Below, in pieces: positions 1 through 9,992 of a DNA stretch of 64,000 bases; position 1 is the stretch's first letter, and the number at the start of each line of letters is the position of its first letter. The notes below the pieces were generated by a model. The model was not told where the DNA came from and did not search any database. It saw only the letters and a program-made list of their open reading frames with translations. The translations under genes were made by a program, and so were the position numbers. This DNA comes from an uncultured delta proteobacterium (lineage in GTDB: Bacteria > Desulfobacterota > Desulfobaccia > Desulfobaccales > 0-14-0-80-60-11): positions 1,536,001-1,600,000 of the forward strand of contig CAWETI010000003.1 in assembly GCA_963812015.1 (NCBI GenBank). The letters are read 5' to 3'.

Positions 1-1
1 A

Positions 2-127
2 AAATATGTGCTATCGTGGTTCTGGCGAGGCGATCTGACCAAAAAAGAAAAACCTTTGCGGGATGAGAGCCGGGATGTAAGATCGCCAAAAGAGTTTTTG
101 ACTGCGGAGGTCAAGGTTGCCGCATAA
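2..127 (+). CDS. Possible 3' end of an upstream gene (partial, KYVLSWFWRG...EVKVAA*)
   Basis: Open frame from the window edge to TAA at 125-127, co-oriented with the next gene; no recognisable motif. Confidence 0.3.
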   Translation, partial: KYVLSWFWRGDLTKKEKPLRDESRDVRSPKEFLTAEVKVAA

Positions 128-207
128 TCTCCGCCTATTATGAAAAAAAGGGCTGCCGACAATACCTGGCGGGAACCGGTTTTGAATCTTTTTTCTGAGG
201 AAAAGGG

Positions 208-1632
208 ATGAAAGTCCTCTTTTTGCAATCCCTCAGCTATCCCTTTATCGGCATCATGTCCCTCTCGGCGGTATTGCGCCGAAGTGGACATCGGACCAGC
301 CTCCAATTCCTCAATTTCAACTGCCCTACCCGCGAGGATTTTCACCGCATCCGGGAGGTTGCGCCTGGCCTGATCGCCATTCCGGTCTATACCGGCTGGC
401 AAAGCAGCATTCTAAAATTTTGCCGCCAGTTGAAAGAGAAAACTGACATCCCCATTATCGTGGGTGGTCCCCATCCGACCCATTGCCCCGAGATTCTCAA
501 TGACCCGGCCCTGGATTACCTCTGCGTGGGGGAAGGAGAGGTTTCTTTCCTGGAACTGACCGACCGCCTGGGGCAGGGCCGGCCCGCTGAGGATATCCCC
601 GGCATCTGGGTGAAGAAAAACGGCGTTGTCACGGATAACGGGATTTCGCCTCTGCCCCACCTGCCGGATCTCCCTCCCATGGATATCGATCTTTACTGCC
701 GGGCCAGCGAGGCCATCCGCCTCCAAAATAACCGAGAGTTCAGCCTGAACCGCGGCTGTCCTTTCCGCTGCACTTATTGCAACGCACCCCTGTTGCGCTC
801 TCTGTACGGCAAGGCGGCGGTGCGCTCCAAGACGGTGGAACAGGCCATGGAGGAAATCCATTATGTTTATAGCCGGTATCCTTTTAAATCGGCTTATTTC
901 ACCAGCGACAATCTCTTCTTAAGCAAAGATTTCGCGCACCGGTTGTTGCCTCGATTTAAACAGGAAATCGGCGTCCCCTTTTCCTGCCAGATGCGCGTCG
1001 AACTCATTGACGCCGGGGTGGCCCGCATACTGCGGGAATCTGGCTGCCACATGGTGGGAGTGGGGCTTGAAAGCGGCTCTCCCCGAGTCCGCCGGGAAAT
1101 CCTGGGCCGGTCCATGAGCAACCAGGCCCTGATCCGGGGCTGCCGCCACTTACAGGCGGAGGGAATCAGGATCAACGCTTACAATATGATGGGCATTCCC
1201 GGAGAAACCTTTCCCGAGGCCCTGGAGACCCTGGCCCTCAACATCGAAATCAAACCCACCACCAGCTGGATCTCCTTCTTCCAGCCTTATCCAGGCACCA
1301 AGTTGACCCGGACCCTGCTGGAGAAGGGAGTCATCACCCCGGACATATTCGACCGCATCCCATCCAGCTATTTTGAAAAAAGTGTGATAATAAAGGAAAA
1401 TCTTTGGATATGGACGAACTTGCAGCGACTATTCCAACTACTGGTGCTCTACCCGAGCCTGGCAAAACTGGTGGACAAACTTTGCCGGGTCAGGATTCCC
1501 TGGATTTATGACCTGTTTTTCGTCACTTCGTTTTATCGTTACGTGCGGCTGGCGTATAATAAGGGCCGGTTAGAGACCTTGAACAAGGTCCTACGGAATG
1601 CCTGGGAAGCGGCCCGGGCCGCCGTCAAATGA
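208..1632 (+). CDS. Cobalamin-binding-domain radical SAM protein
   Basis: N-terminal B12-binding-like region (IIVGGPHPT...GEGE), RGCPFRCTYC (CxxxCxxC), GLESGS and MMGIPGET motifs. Confidence 0.9.
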   Translation: MKVLFLQSLSYPFIGIMSLSAVLRRSGHRTSLQFLNFNCPTREDFHRIREVAPGLIAIPVYTGWQSSILKFCRQLKEKTDIPIIVGGPHPTHCPEILNDPALDYLCVGEGEVSFLELTDRLGQGRPAEDIPGIWVKKNGVVTDNGISPLPHLPDLPPMDIDLYCRASEAIRLQNNREFSLNRGCPFRCTYCNAPLLRSLYGKAAVRSKTVEQAMEEIHYVYSRYPFKSAYFTSDNLFLSKDFAHRLLPRFKQEIGVPFSCQMRVELIDAGVARILRESGCHMVGVGLESGSPRVRREILGRSMSNQALIRGCRHLQAEGIRINAYNMMGIPGETFPEALETLALNIEIKPTTSWISFFQPYPGTKLTRTLLEKGVITPDIFDRIPSSYFEKSVIIKENLWIWTNLQRLFQLLVLYPSLAKLVDKLCRVRIPWIYDLFFVTSFYRYVRLAYNKGRLETLNKVLRNAWEAARAAVK

Positions 1633-1650
1633 TACAGGCTCAAGATTGAC

Positions 1651-2982
1651 ATGCTGACAACCACCCCTTCAAGCTCCCGCACCCACGGCCTGGCTTCCCT
1701 CGGGATAGCCGCCCTGTTCCTGGTGATTCCCGTGGTCCTGTTTTGGCGTCCTTATTTCTTTTACATGCTTGACGACTGGACTTCCCTCATCCACATGGTC
1801 CAGTATCCCTTCGGTCAATACCTGATCAGCCCGGATGGGGAACAGTGGTTTCCGGTTTTCTACCTGGCTTTTTACGGGCTCGTGAAGCTGGCTGGGGAAC
1901 GCTATTATCTTTTGGTCCTGGTTAATTGCCTGGGGACCGGGGTTACCACCTGGCTGCTGTACTGCTTCTTGAAGAGACATTTTCGTACCGGGGTTTCCCT
2001 GGTTTTAAGCTTGCTCTATGCCAGCGCCGCGCTCCACCACGCCATCGCCTGGAACAGCTTTTACCTGTGCTACCTCATGAGCCTGGGCTTCTTTTTGGGA
2101 GGACTGCTGCTCACCGACAGCTACCTCAAGGCCCCCTCTTATGCCAGGCTGATGGGGATTGGGGTCTGCGCCCTGCTCTCCATCCTCTCCCATAACTTTA
2201 CCCTCCTGGGCCTGCTGGCCTACCCCTTGTACGCCCTCCTGGCCCGGGACGACGCGACCCGTCATTTTAAGGCTCTCCTGGTCACCGTGGGGATCGTCTA
2301 TCTGCTCTTCACTTGGGGCTATCTCACGTTCCCCGGTCTTAAGGCCACAGCCAGTCACAATCCCCGGGTTCTCACGGCCCTCCCCGGCCTGGGCTATTTG
2401 GGGCACATGCTGGCGGGCGCCTTTCTGGCCCCCTTTTTCTATCTCTTCTGGGGCTACTACCATTTCCCGGTTTGGGCCATCGTGGCCGGCGTCTCTTTGC
2501 TCGGCATTTGTCTGGCGCTCATCTGGCTGGCGGGGAACCAGCGCCAGCGCCGCTGGCTGCTGTGGATCCTTCTCCTCAATCTGCTGCCCTTTGTGCTCCT
2601 TTCCCTCACCCGTTACCAGAAATCCTTCAACCAGGCCTTCGTGGCCCGATACGGGATTTTTACCTTGATCGGGGCGCTCCTGTTGCTGGGCACGGCCTGG
2701 AGTCTGATCGCCCCGAGAATCCCGGCGCGGCCCTGGGGGCGCATCCTGTTGGGGGGTCTGTTGGCTTGCATGCTGGCCGGGCAGTTATTGAGTCTTCCCC
2801 GGTGGCAAAAAAAATACCGGGAAATCAGCCGCTGGTCGGAGCAATGCTATCGGGAATTTAACCGACCCGAGGGGGGGACCGACTTCCCGGTGGAAGCCTT
2901 CGGCAAATTCTGCCCCGGGGCCTACCCCCAACTGACCCGGAGCCAGATGCAGGCCATTCACCGTTTTCTGACCAAACCTTGA
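1651..2982 (+). CDS. Polytopic membrane protein, possibly GT-C-fold glycosyltransferase-like
   Basis: About 11-12 hydrophobic segments; acidic DD pair (MLDDW) in the loop after TM1, as in GT-C enzymes. Function is inferred. Confidence 0.6.
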   Translation: MLTTTPSSSRTHGLASLGIAALFLVIPVVLFWRPYFFYMLDDWTSLIHMVQYPFGQYLISPDGEQWFPVFYLAFYGLVKLAGERYYLLVLVNCLGTGVTTWLLYCFLKRHFRTGVSLVLSLLYASAALHHAIAWNSFYLCYLMSLGFFLGGLLLTDSYLKAPSYARLMGIGVCALLSILSHNFTLLGLLAYPLYALLARDDATRHFKALLVTVGIVYLLFTWGYLTFPGLKATASHNPRVLTALPGLGYLGHMLAGAFLAPFFYLFWGYYHFPVWAIVAGVSLLGICLALIWLAGNQRQRRWLLWILLLNLLPFVLLSLTRYQKSFNQAFVARYGIFTLIGALLLLGTAWSLIAPRIPARPWGRILLGGLLACMLAGQLLSLPRWQKKYREISRWSEQCYREFNRPEGGTDFPVEAFGKFCPGAYPQLTRSQMQAIHRFLTKP

Positions 2983-3255
2983 ACCAACCGTCCAGATTTT
3001 ATCCGGTCTCGATGTGCCGGTGCTCAGCTTCAGTCTGGTTGATTAAACCCCAGCCGATAATCCCCGTCATCTCCCGGACTTCCTCCTCCCGCCTGCCACC
3101 CTGCTATTGTCTGGACAAAGATGCGAAGCTCGGATAAAATTCCCCTATTCTAAAGAGGTTCGTCCGGAGCAGTGGGCCTGGCCGGCGCCGTGGGGCGTCC
3201 GGGCCAGGTGTCGATATGGCCTCCGAGGACTGGCCCCACGAGGTTAAGCTCAACG

Positions 3256-4710
3256 ATGAAACGCACCCTGTTGCTCAACCCGCCGTCTTTCCAGGATTTT
3301 GACGGCGGGGCCGGTTCGCGCTATCAGGCCACCCGTGAAGTGACGTCTTTCTGGTATCCCACTTGGCTGTGCTACCCCGCCGGTCTCATCCCGGACAGCC
3401 GGGTGGTGGACGCGCCCCCGGAAAATCTGACGGTATCCCAGGTGGCGGACCTGGGTGCGGACTTCGAGTTGGCCGTGCTCTTCACCTCCAAGCCGTCCTT
3501 CCAGCATGATCTGGCCACCGTCAGCCATCTCAAGGCCAAGAATCCCAAACTCCAGGTGGGCATGGTGGGGCCGCAAGTGAGCATCCTGCCCCAGGAATCC
3601 CTGCAAGCCGGCCCCCAATTGGATTTCGTGGTCCGCCGGGAGTTCGACTATGCCATCCCGGAGGTGGCCCAGGGACGGCCCTGGGACCAAATCCAGGGAC
3701 TGAGCTACTGGGCCGGCGGCCGCATCCACCACAACCAGGATCGGCCCTACGTCGAGGATTTGGACGCTCTTCCCATGGTCACCGAGATTTACCACCGGGA
3801 CCTGACCATGGAGCACTATCAAATCCCCTACCTGCGCTATCCTTACGTGTCGTTCTATACCGGCCGGGGCTGCCCGGGGCATTGCGTCTATTGTCTCTGG
3901 CCCCAGACCTTTACCGGCAGGCGCTACCGGGTCCGGAGCGTGCCCAACGTGGTGGCTGAGGTCCGCCGTTGCCTGGAGCTCTTTCCCCAGGCGGCCGAGA
4001 TCTTCTTCGACGACGACACCTTTACCGCCGATGGCGAGCGGGCCCGGCAGCTCAGCCGGGAATTCGCCCCCCTCAAGTTTGTCTGGTCCGCCACCGCCCG
4101 GGCCAACACCTCTTATGAGACCCTCAAGGCCATGAAGGAGGGGGGGCTGCGCCTCCTGGTGGTGGGGTTTGAGACCGGCGACCCCCAGGTCTTGAAAAAT
4201 ATCCGCAAGGGCGTCACCCTGGACCTGGGACGCCGCCTGGCCAAATGGTGCCGGGAATTGGGCATCCAAATCCACGGCACCTTCATGGTGGGGCTGCCGG
4301 GAGAGACCAAAGCGTCCATCGAGGCCTCCATCCGCTTTGCCTGCGAACTGGACCCGGACACCATCCAGGTCTCCCTGGCCACCCCTTACCCGGGTACGGA
4401 ATTCTACGATTTCTGCCGGGAGCAGGGCTTCTTGCAGGATGACACCCTGGTCAACGGCGCCACCGGCTTCCAACAGTGCGTGGTGGATTATCCCGGCCTG
4501 GCCGCATCCGACATCTTCCAGGCGTTGCCCCAATTTTACCGCCGGTTTTACTTCCGGCCCCGCTACATGGCCCGGGCGGCCCTGGTCATGATGCGGGACC
4601 CGGTGGAACGGCGCCGCTTGCTCAAGGAAGGCCGCCAGTTCTTAAGCTTCATGTTTAAACGGCGTCAGTGTCAGCAAACCCCGGTGGCCCAGGGCAAGCG
4701 CTGTCCATGA
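3256..4710 (+). CDS. hpnJ: Hopanoid biosynthesis-associated radical SAM protein HpnJ
   Basis: Signature N-terminus LLNPPSFQDFDGGAGSRYQATREVTSFWYPTWL; RGCPGHCVYCLWPQ; start placed at ATG 3256; hpnK nearby. Confidence 0.9.
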   Translation: MKRTLLLNPPSFQDFDGGAGSRYQATREVTSFWYPTWLCYPAGLIPDSRVVDAPPENLTVSQVADLGADFELAVLFTSKPSFQHDLATVSHLKAKNPKLQVGMVGPQVSILPQESLQAGPQLDFVVRREFDYAIPEVAQGRPWDQIQGLSYWAGGRIHHNQDRPYVEDLDALPMVTEIYHRDLTMEHYQIPYLRYPYVSFYTGRGCPGHCVYCLWPQTFTGRRYRVRSVPNVVAEVRRCLELFPQAAEIFFDDDTFTADGERARQLSREFAPLKFVWSATARANTSYETLKAMKEGGLRLLVVGFETGDPQVLKNIRKGVTLDLGRRLAKWCRELGIQIHGTFMVGLPGETKASIEASIRFACELDPDTIQVSLATPYPGTEFYDFCREQGFLQDDTLVNGATGFQQCVVDYPGLAASDIFQALPQFYRRFYFRPRYMARAALVMMRDPVERRRLLKEGRQFLSFMFKRRQCQQTPVAQGKRCP

Positions 4711-5780
4711 CCGCCTCCGAGCTCCTCCGCCTAGTTCTTCAGGGGGGGCCTGGTTTTTGCCAGATTGCCGTCACCAATTCCTGCAACGCCCGTTGCCGCT
4801 TTTGCAGCTTCCCCGGACTTCCCCCGGCGGAGCGGGTGATGGCCGAGCCAACCCGGCTCTTCCGGGGTCTTAAAGCCCTCAAAGACAAGGGCGTCGATTA
4901 TGTCTGCCTCACCGGCGGCGAACCCCTGCTCTATCCCGCCCTGCTGGACGCCCTGGGACGAGCCCGGGACCTGGCGATTCATACCATCCTGTGCACCAAC
5001 GGCGTGCTGCTGACCCCAGCTTTTATCCGGAATTTGCAGGCCGCCGGCCTGGAGACCCTGATCATCTCCATCGACGCCCCCGCGGCCGCCAGCCATGACG
5101 CCCACCGGGGGCTGCCGGGGCTCACCGGGCATATCCGCACGCTGCTGCCGGCCTTGCGCCGGGCCGGCCTGGACCCCGTGGCCTCCGTGACCTTGAGCCG
5201 CCTGGTGGGTGATTTGGGGGAGATGCTCCGGTTCCTGGAAGAGTTGGGGTTTCACCGGGTCACCTTTTCCTATCCCATCACCCGTCTGAACTCCACCTAC
5301 CTGGGGTTTGCCGACCACTATTCCGTCGACTTCACTCCCGCCGAACTCCATCGCTGGTTCAGCCTGGTGAGGGCGGCGAAGGCCGCGACCTCTCTGCAGA
5401 TCCTCAATCCTCGGCTGGGCCTGGACGATCTGATGCGGCAACTGGAGCACCGCCCCCCGCGCTTTCCCTGTCTGGCGGGATACAAGTACTTTTTCGTGGA
5501 CTGGCATCTTCAGGTGTATCGCTGCCATTACCTGGCCGATACCCTGGGACCCTTGGAAGAGATCGGTCAAATGCCCCCCATCCGGGACGGTTGCACCGCT
5601 TGCACCATCGACTGCTACCGGGACCCCAGCGTTTACCAGTACCTGGCGGTGTCGGTGGCCGATTCTCTGGCCGCCTTGCGGCAGGGCCAATTGCTTAAGG
5701 CCCTGGGCGCCTTGCTGCACCCCTATAACTTTCTTTCTCTGGCCGCCCTGCTGGAGGGCCGCCATTGGCTGCGGGGCTGA
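4707..5780 (+). CDS. Radical SAM protein with C-terminal Cys-rich (twitch/SPASM-like) domain
   Basis: CNARCRFC motif, LTGGEP, C-terminal CLAG...YRCH...CTACTIDC; ATGA overlap with the hpnJ stop. Confidence 0.85.
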   Translation: MTASELLRLVLQGGPGFCQIAVTNSCNARCRFCSFPGLPPAERVMAEPTRLFRGLKALKDKGVDYVCLTGGEPLLYPALLDALGRARDLAIHTILCTNGVLLTPAFIRNLQAAGLETLIISIDAPAAASHDAHRGLPGLTGHIRTLLPALRRAGLDPVASVTLSRLVGDLGEMLRFLEELGFHRVTFSYPITRLNSTYLGFADHYSVDFTPAELHRWFSLVRAAKAATSLQILNPRLGLDDLMRQLEHRPPRFPCLAGYKYFFVDWHLQVYRCHYLADTLGPLEEIGQMPPIRDGCTACTIDCYRDPSVYQYLAVSVADSLAALRQGQLLKALGALLHPYNFLSLAALLEGRHWLRG

Positions 5781-5842
5781 GCCCAGGCTTCGGGGCCCAG
5801 GGGAGGGAAGGGCGGGGGCATGTCTTTCCCGGACCCGTTTCT

Positions 5843-5895
5843 CGTTCCCAAGCTCCTGCTTGGGAACGCACTTGGGGCCAAAGCTCTGCTTAGGC
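5843..5895. repeat. REP-like palindrome (CGTTCCCAAGC-TCCT-GCTTGGGAACG)
   Basis: Perfect 11-bp inverted repeat followed by a second partial hairpin in an intergenic gap. Confidence 0.6.
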
Positions 5896-6085
5896 AAGTA
5901 GCTACATTTATGAAATGAGGATATCTCGTCTGCAAGAAGGCCAAAATCGTGCTTGAGCATTTAAGAAGCTTCATCGAGGGAGCCTGAAACCCAAAAGGGA
6001 ATCTTTGCTGGCACCGGCGTCTCGCCTGTGGGGTTCAGGCTGAAGCCTGCTGCTACCAAACCCGTTATTTGAACACTAATCTCTT

Positions 6086-6994
6086 ATGAATGCCACGTGG
6101 CCTAACAAATCCGTCATCTTCACCGCCGACGACTTCGGGCTGGCCGACGCCCTCAACGCCGCGGTGGTGCTGGCTCACCGCCGGGGGCTGCTCTCCTGCG
6201 CCAGCCTCATGGCCGCCGCCCCCCGGACCCCTGCGGCCCTGGGACTGGCCCGGGACCTCCCCGGCCTCTGCCTGGGGATGCACCTCACCCTGATCCAGGG
6301 GCAGGCCGTCCTCCCGCCCAAGGCAGTGCCTCACTTGGTGGATTCCCGGGGGTTTTTCCCTAACGATCCCGTGGCCACCGGCTGGCGCTACTTTTGCCGG
6401 CCTGGGTTGATGCCGGAGATTCGCCGGGAGCTGGCGGCCCAGATCGAGACGGTCCTGAAGGCCGGCCTCCCCGTCTGGCACCTGAACGGCCACGTCAACC
6501 TGCACCTCCATCCCTGCATCTTTCCCGTGGTGGCGGACCTGGCCCGGGAGTACGCTATCCCCGCGGTGCGCCTGGCCCGGGAAGACTGGCGCACCACCCT
6601 GGCCCTGGCCCCGGATCACCCCTTGCCCAAAATCGCCCAGGGCCTGATCTTTAGCCTGCTTTGCCGCCGGGCGGCCCGGCAGGCCCAAGCCGCAGGTCTG
6701 ATTTATAATGACCACCTTTTCGGGCTCCTCAACGACGGTCGCATGACCGAGAATTACCTGATGGGCCTGGCGCCCCGGCTCAAGCCGGGCGTCACCGAGA
6801 TTTACTGTCACCCGGGGCTTTACCCCGACTCGGAGCTTCGGCGCTGGGCCCCCGGCTACCGGCGCCAGGAGGAACTGGCGGCCCTGTTGAGCCCCCGCCT
6901 GAAGGCCACCCTGGCCGCGGCCGGGGTAGCGGTCACCGATTTCCGGGAGATCAGTCTCCACCCCCCCAAGCCTCGTAATTGGTCGGGTAAATGA
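6086..6994 (+). CDS. hpnK: Hopanoid-associated deacetylase HpnK (ChbG/YdjC family)
   Basis: TADDFG, GMHLTL, HLNGHVNLHLHP, EIYCHPG motifs; located next to hpnJ. Confidence 0.85.
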   Translation: MNATWPNKSVIFTADDFGLADALNAAVVLAHRRGLLSCASLMAAAPRTPAALGLARDLPGLCLGMHLTLIQGQAVLPPKAVPHLVDSRGFFPNDPVATGWRYFCRPGLMPEIRRELAAQIETVLKAGLPVWHLNGHVNLHLHPCIFPVVADLAREYAIPAVRLAREDWRTTLALAPDHPLPKIAQGLIFSLLCRRAARQAQAAGLIYNDHLFGLLNDGRMTENYLMGLAPRLKPGVTEIYCHPGLYPDSELRRWAPGYRRQEELAALLSPRLKATLAAAGVAVTDFREISLHPPKPRNWSGK

Positions 6995-7196
6995 GAGCGA
7001 TTTTCACCAAGGAAAAGTAACCGGCGGAGGGAAGCAGATTGGGGGGCTGAATATTTCAGTCACCCGGGTTAAGGATCCCCATTTATCCAGGGGGCGCACC
7101 ACCCCCTCAACCCTGGCTTCGGAAAAGGGGCGACCCCACGGGTCGCCCCTGCGACGGTAACTCAGAAGAAACTCATGGAAGGCTCTGACGTAAGAC

Positions 7197-8288
7197 TTAC
7201 CCCAGGGCGGCGACGGCTGCGCCCCGCAGTTTGGCCCGCATGGCCAGGCTCTCCTGGGCAATTTTGGCGCGGTCGATGCCCTTGGACAAATAGAGATTAA
7301 GCAGGCAACCATCGAGACCCGTGAAAATCGGGTCGATCACCACTTCCGGCAGCACCAGACTCCGGGACTTGGCCCGGGTCTCCGGGGCCGCCATCTCCAG
7401 CACCCCCTCCTTGCCCCACGAGTGAAAAATGGCAGTCAAAAGCGCTATGGACCAGGCGCTGTCCGATACCACGATCACTTCCGCGGCATTGATCGCATTG
7501 CGGTTGCCGTTGAAGGACACGGCCAGGCCTCCCCCGGCCCGCACCGCCTCAAAGGCCGCCACATCGGTGATGCTGTCCCCCACGTAGATGGTGTCCGCCA
7601 GGCTGAGGCCGGTTTTCGCCAGGCTGTCGGACACGGCCTTGGCCTTTTCCGGGCCGCCCACGGGATTCACCTCCTGATAGAGGGCGCCGATGGCCATGGC
7701 CGGCAGTTGTTCCCCGAAGATGCGGTCCAGCACGGCAATGGCCTCCTGCACCGGACCGGGCAAATCCATGGGCGCGGCGGCCCCGGAGGGCAATTCAATC
7801 TCCGGGGCATCGGTGATTTCCCCCTGGAGGCGCTGCAATTCCTCGGCTTCGGCTGCGGACAGCGGGTAACGGTCCAGGTCGAGCTCGGTGCAAAAGATGC
7901 GCTCTTGATCAAAACCCAGCCGCAGGCCCACGGCTGCGGCAAATTGCCGGTAACTGGTGCTGATCTCAAAGATGGGAATCTTCCGGCTGTGGAGGAACTT
8001 GAAGGCGGCTTCGGCCCCGGGCATCAGCCTCACGGTTTCCTGGGAATAGGACTCGATTCGCGCATTGGTGAGGCCGTGGGCCTTCAAAAACGGCAGGATG
8101 AGCTTGAGGGTGTTGCCGGCCCTGTAGTCCGGCTTCTTGGCCACCTCCATCTGGTAATCGCCATAGCGGCTCACCTGCTGGAAAAACCGGTCCCCCTGGG
8201 GCTTGATAAACTCCCGGCACAGCTCAAAGGCGTTGTCATTGAGGGCTAACGGCCCCTCGCAATCAGTATCCAGTTGTACGTTGGACAT
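7197..8288 (-). CDS. HAD-superfamily protein of the archaeal-type EhaR/COG4030-like family
   Basis: TDCEGPLALNDNAFEL N-terminus, ISTSY, YVGDSITD, SFNGN motifs. Confidence 0.7.
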   Translation of the reverse strand: MSNVQLDTDCEGPLALNDNAFELCREFIKPQGDRFFQQVSRYGDYQMEVAKKPDYRAGNTLKLILPFLKAHGLTNARIESYSQETVRLMPGAEAAFKFLHSRKIPIFEISTSYRQFAAAVGLRLGFDQERIFCTELDLDRYPLSAAEAEELQRLQGEITDAPEIELPSGAAAPMDLPGPVQEAIAVLDRIFGEQLPAMAIGALYQEVNPVGGPEKAKAVSDSLAKTGLSLADTIYVGDSITDVAAFEAVRAGGGLAVSFNGNRNAINAAEVIVVSDSAWSIALLTAIFHSWGKEGVLEMAAPETRAKSRSLVLPEVVIDPIFTGLDGCLLNLYLSKGIDRAKIAQESLAMRAKLRGAAVAALG

Positions 8289-8383
8289 GTCGTCTCCTTA
8301 TATATCAGTAGCCAGTTTTCAGTAGTCAGTTGTCAGTAATTTATGTAACTCAAGGCTCGCCCCTGACCGCCTCCCTCAGAAAT

Positions 8384-9355
8384 CTACTGCAACGCCTTAA
8401 TCTGTCGCTCCAGGAAGGTCTGGTCCGGGTAGCACTGCCGCCCGACGCCCCCGAGGCTCACGGCCGCAGCCCGGTTGCCCAGGCGCACCGAGGTGTTCAG
8501 GTGGAGGCCGTTGAGGCGCCCGGCCAGGTAGCCCGCCGCAAAGACGTCGCCGGCCCCCAAAGTGTCCACCACGGGGCCGCCCAGCTCCACTGGAAAATCC
8601 AGGTATCTCAGGGGGGTGAGCAATCTGGCGCCCCGGGCCCCCCGTTTGATCACCACCACGGGCGGGGCCCAGACGGGGTGCACCGCCGGCTCGCCTCCCA
8701 GAAGCCGCCACTCGGTCTCGGTGACCAGCAGGGTCTCCAGGTGGTCCAGGATGGCGTCAATGGCCGGCAAGCCGCGCCGGGCGTACCATTCCCCCGGGTC
8801 CAGGCTGAGCCGGACCCGCTCCGGGAGCCGGGCGGCGATGGTGCGCTGCACCCTGAGGGGGCCGTCCGCCGCAAACGCGGTGAGGTGGAGGTAAGTCGCG
8901 GCCGCAAGGGCCTCCCAGGGGATATCCCCCTCCGTCAGGAAATCGTTGGTATTGGGCGCCACCAGGATGGTGCGCTCCCCCTCCCCATCGGTCAGGATAT
9001 AGGCTATGCCGCTCTCTCCCCGGGCGATCACGTTGGACAGGTCCACTCCGGTCAGGCTGTCTTTCAGGAATTCTCCGTCAGCGTCCGCGCCCACCCGGCC
9101 CACCAACGCCACCGGGATGCCCAGACGGGCCAGGGCATAGGCGGTGTTTGCCGCCATGCCGCCGCCGAAGCGACCCGCCGGCCGGCCATACCGGGCCAGC
9201 AACCCGGTGAGGCGCTCTTCTTCAGCCTGGGAAACGGCCTCCTCGCCGCCCCGGCTGAGTCCGGTGCCCCAGTCGCGCAAAAACCCGTCCAGGTCCTCGA
9301 CCTGAAATTTCAAGTCCAAATTGATGGCTCCCAGGCAAATCACCGGCCATGGCAT
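8384..9355 (-). CDS. PfkB/ribokinase family carbohydrate kinase
   Basis: GGMAANTAYALARLG and VDTLGAGDVFAAG signatures; start placed at ATG 9355 (MPWPVICLG). Confidence 0.9.
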   Translation of the reverse strand: MPWPVICLGAINLDLKFQVEDLDGFLRDWGTGLSRGGEEAVSQAEEERLTGLLARYGRPAGRFGGGMAANTAYALARLGIPVALVGRVGADADGEFLKDSLTGVDLSNVIARGESGIAYILTDGEGERTILVAPNTNDFLTEGDIPWEALAAATYLHLTAFAADGPLRVQRTIAARLPERVRLSLDPGEWYARRGLPAIDAILDHLETLLVTETEWRLLGGEPAVHPVWAPPVVVIKRGARGARLLTPLRYLDFPVELGGPVVDTLGAGDVFAAGYLAGRLNGLHLNTSVRLGNRAAAVSLGGVGRQCYPDQTFLERQIKALQ

Positions 9356-9529
9356 GCCTGGAAAACTACCAGGATTTGCGGTGCCGGTCAAGGGATGGCC
9401 CCACAGCCGGGCGGGAGATGCCGCCTGCCGGAAGAAAAATTCTTCCCGCCCCCAAGATAACGTCATGCAATCTCTGGATTTTTGTCTAAGGCGACTTATC
9501 TTGAAAAGAAATCATGGTTTGAGGGATCT

Positions 9530-9973
9530 ATGCACCGACTCATAAAAATCAGAATAATCCGAGATTTCGACCGCCTGGAAGAACAGGTGCGCCGTGGTCT
9601 CGACACCTTAATGGAAGCGCATAAAACCTCGGCTTCCTTCCGGCCGGCGGCGGATTTCTATGAAACCGCCCAGGGCCTGGTGCTCCGCCTGGAGCTGGCC
9701 GGGGTCAAGGCCGAGGACGTCGGACTGTCCCTGGCGGGCCAGGAACTCGTGGTGCGGGGCCGGCGGCGGCCTCCGGCTTCGGAAGGCATCCGGCGCTTTA
9801 TTCACCTGGAGATGGCCTTCGGCACGTTTGAACGGCGTTTCACGCTGCCCATCTCCGTCAATCCCGAGGCGGTGGAAGCCCGTTATGCGGATGGCGTCCT
9901 GGAAGTTTACCTGCCCCGGAAGGCGCCCCAGACTCGACAAATACCGGTGAAACCGTCACCGGCCAGCGAATAA
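9530..9973 (+). CDS. Hsp20/alpha-crystallin small heat-shock protein
   Basis: PAADFYET...ELAGV...[11 protein letters not shown]...[10 protein letters not shown]; immediately upstream of lon. Confidence 0.9.
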   Translation: MHRLIKIRIIRDFDRLEEQVRRGLDTLMEAHKTSASFRPAADFYETAQGLVLRLELAGVKAEDVGLSLAGQELVVRGRRRPPASEGIRRFIHLEMAFGTFERRFTLPISVNPEAVEARYADGVLEVYLPRKAPQTRQIPVKPSPASE

Positions 9974-9992
9974 CCGAGAAAATGGAGAAATC

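Noticed and set aside
5978..5991. 14-nt exact match GGGAGCCTGAAACC shared with 22035-22048
   Set aside because: A single 14-mer match is expected by chance in 64 kb, and the flanks are unrelated.
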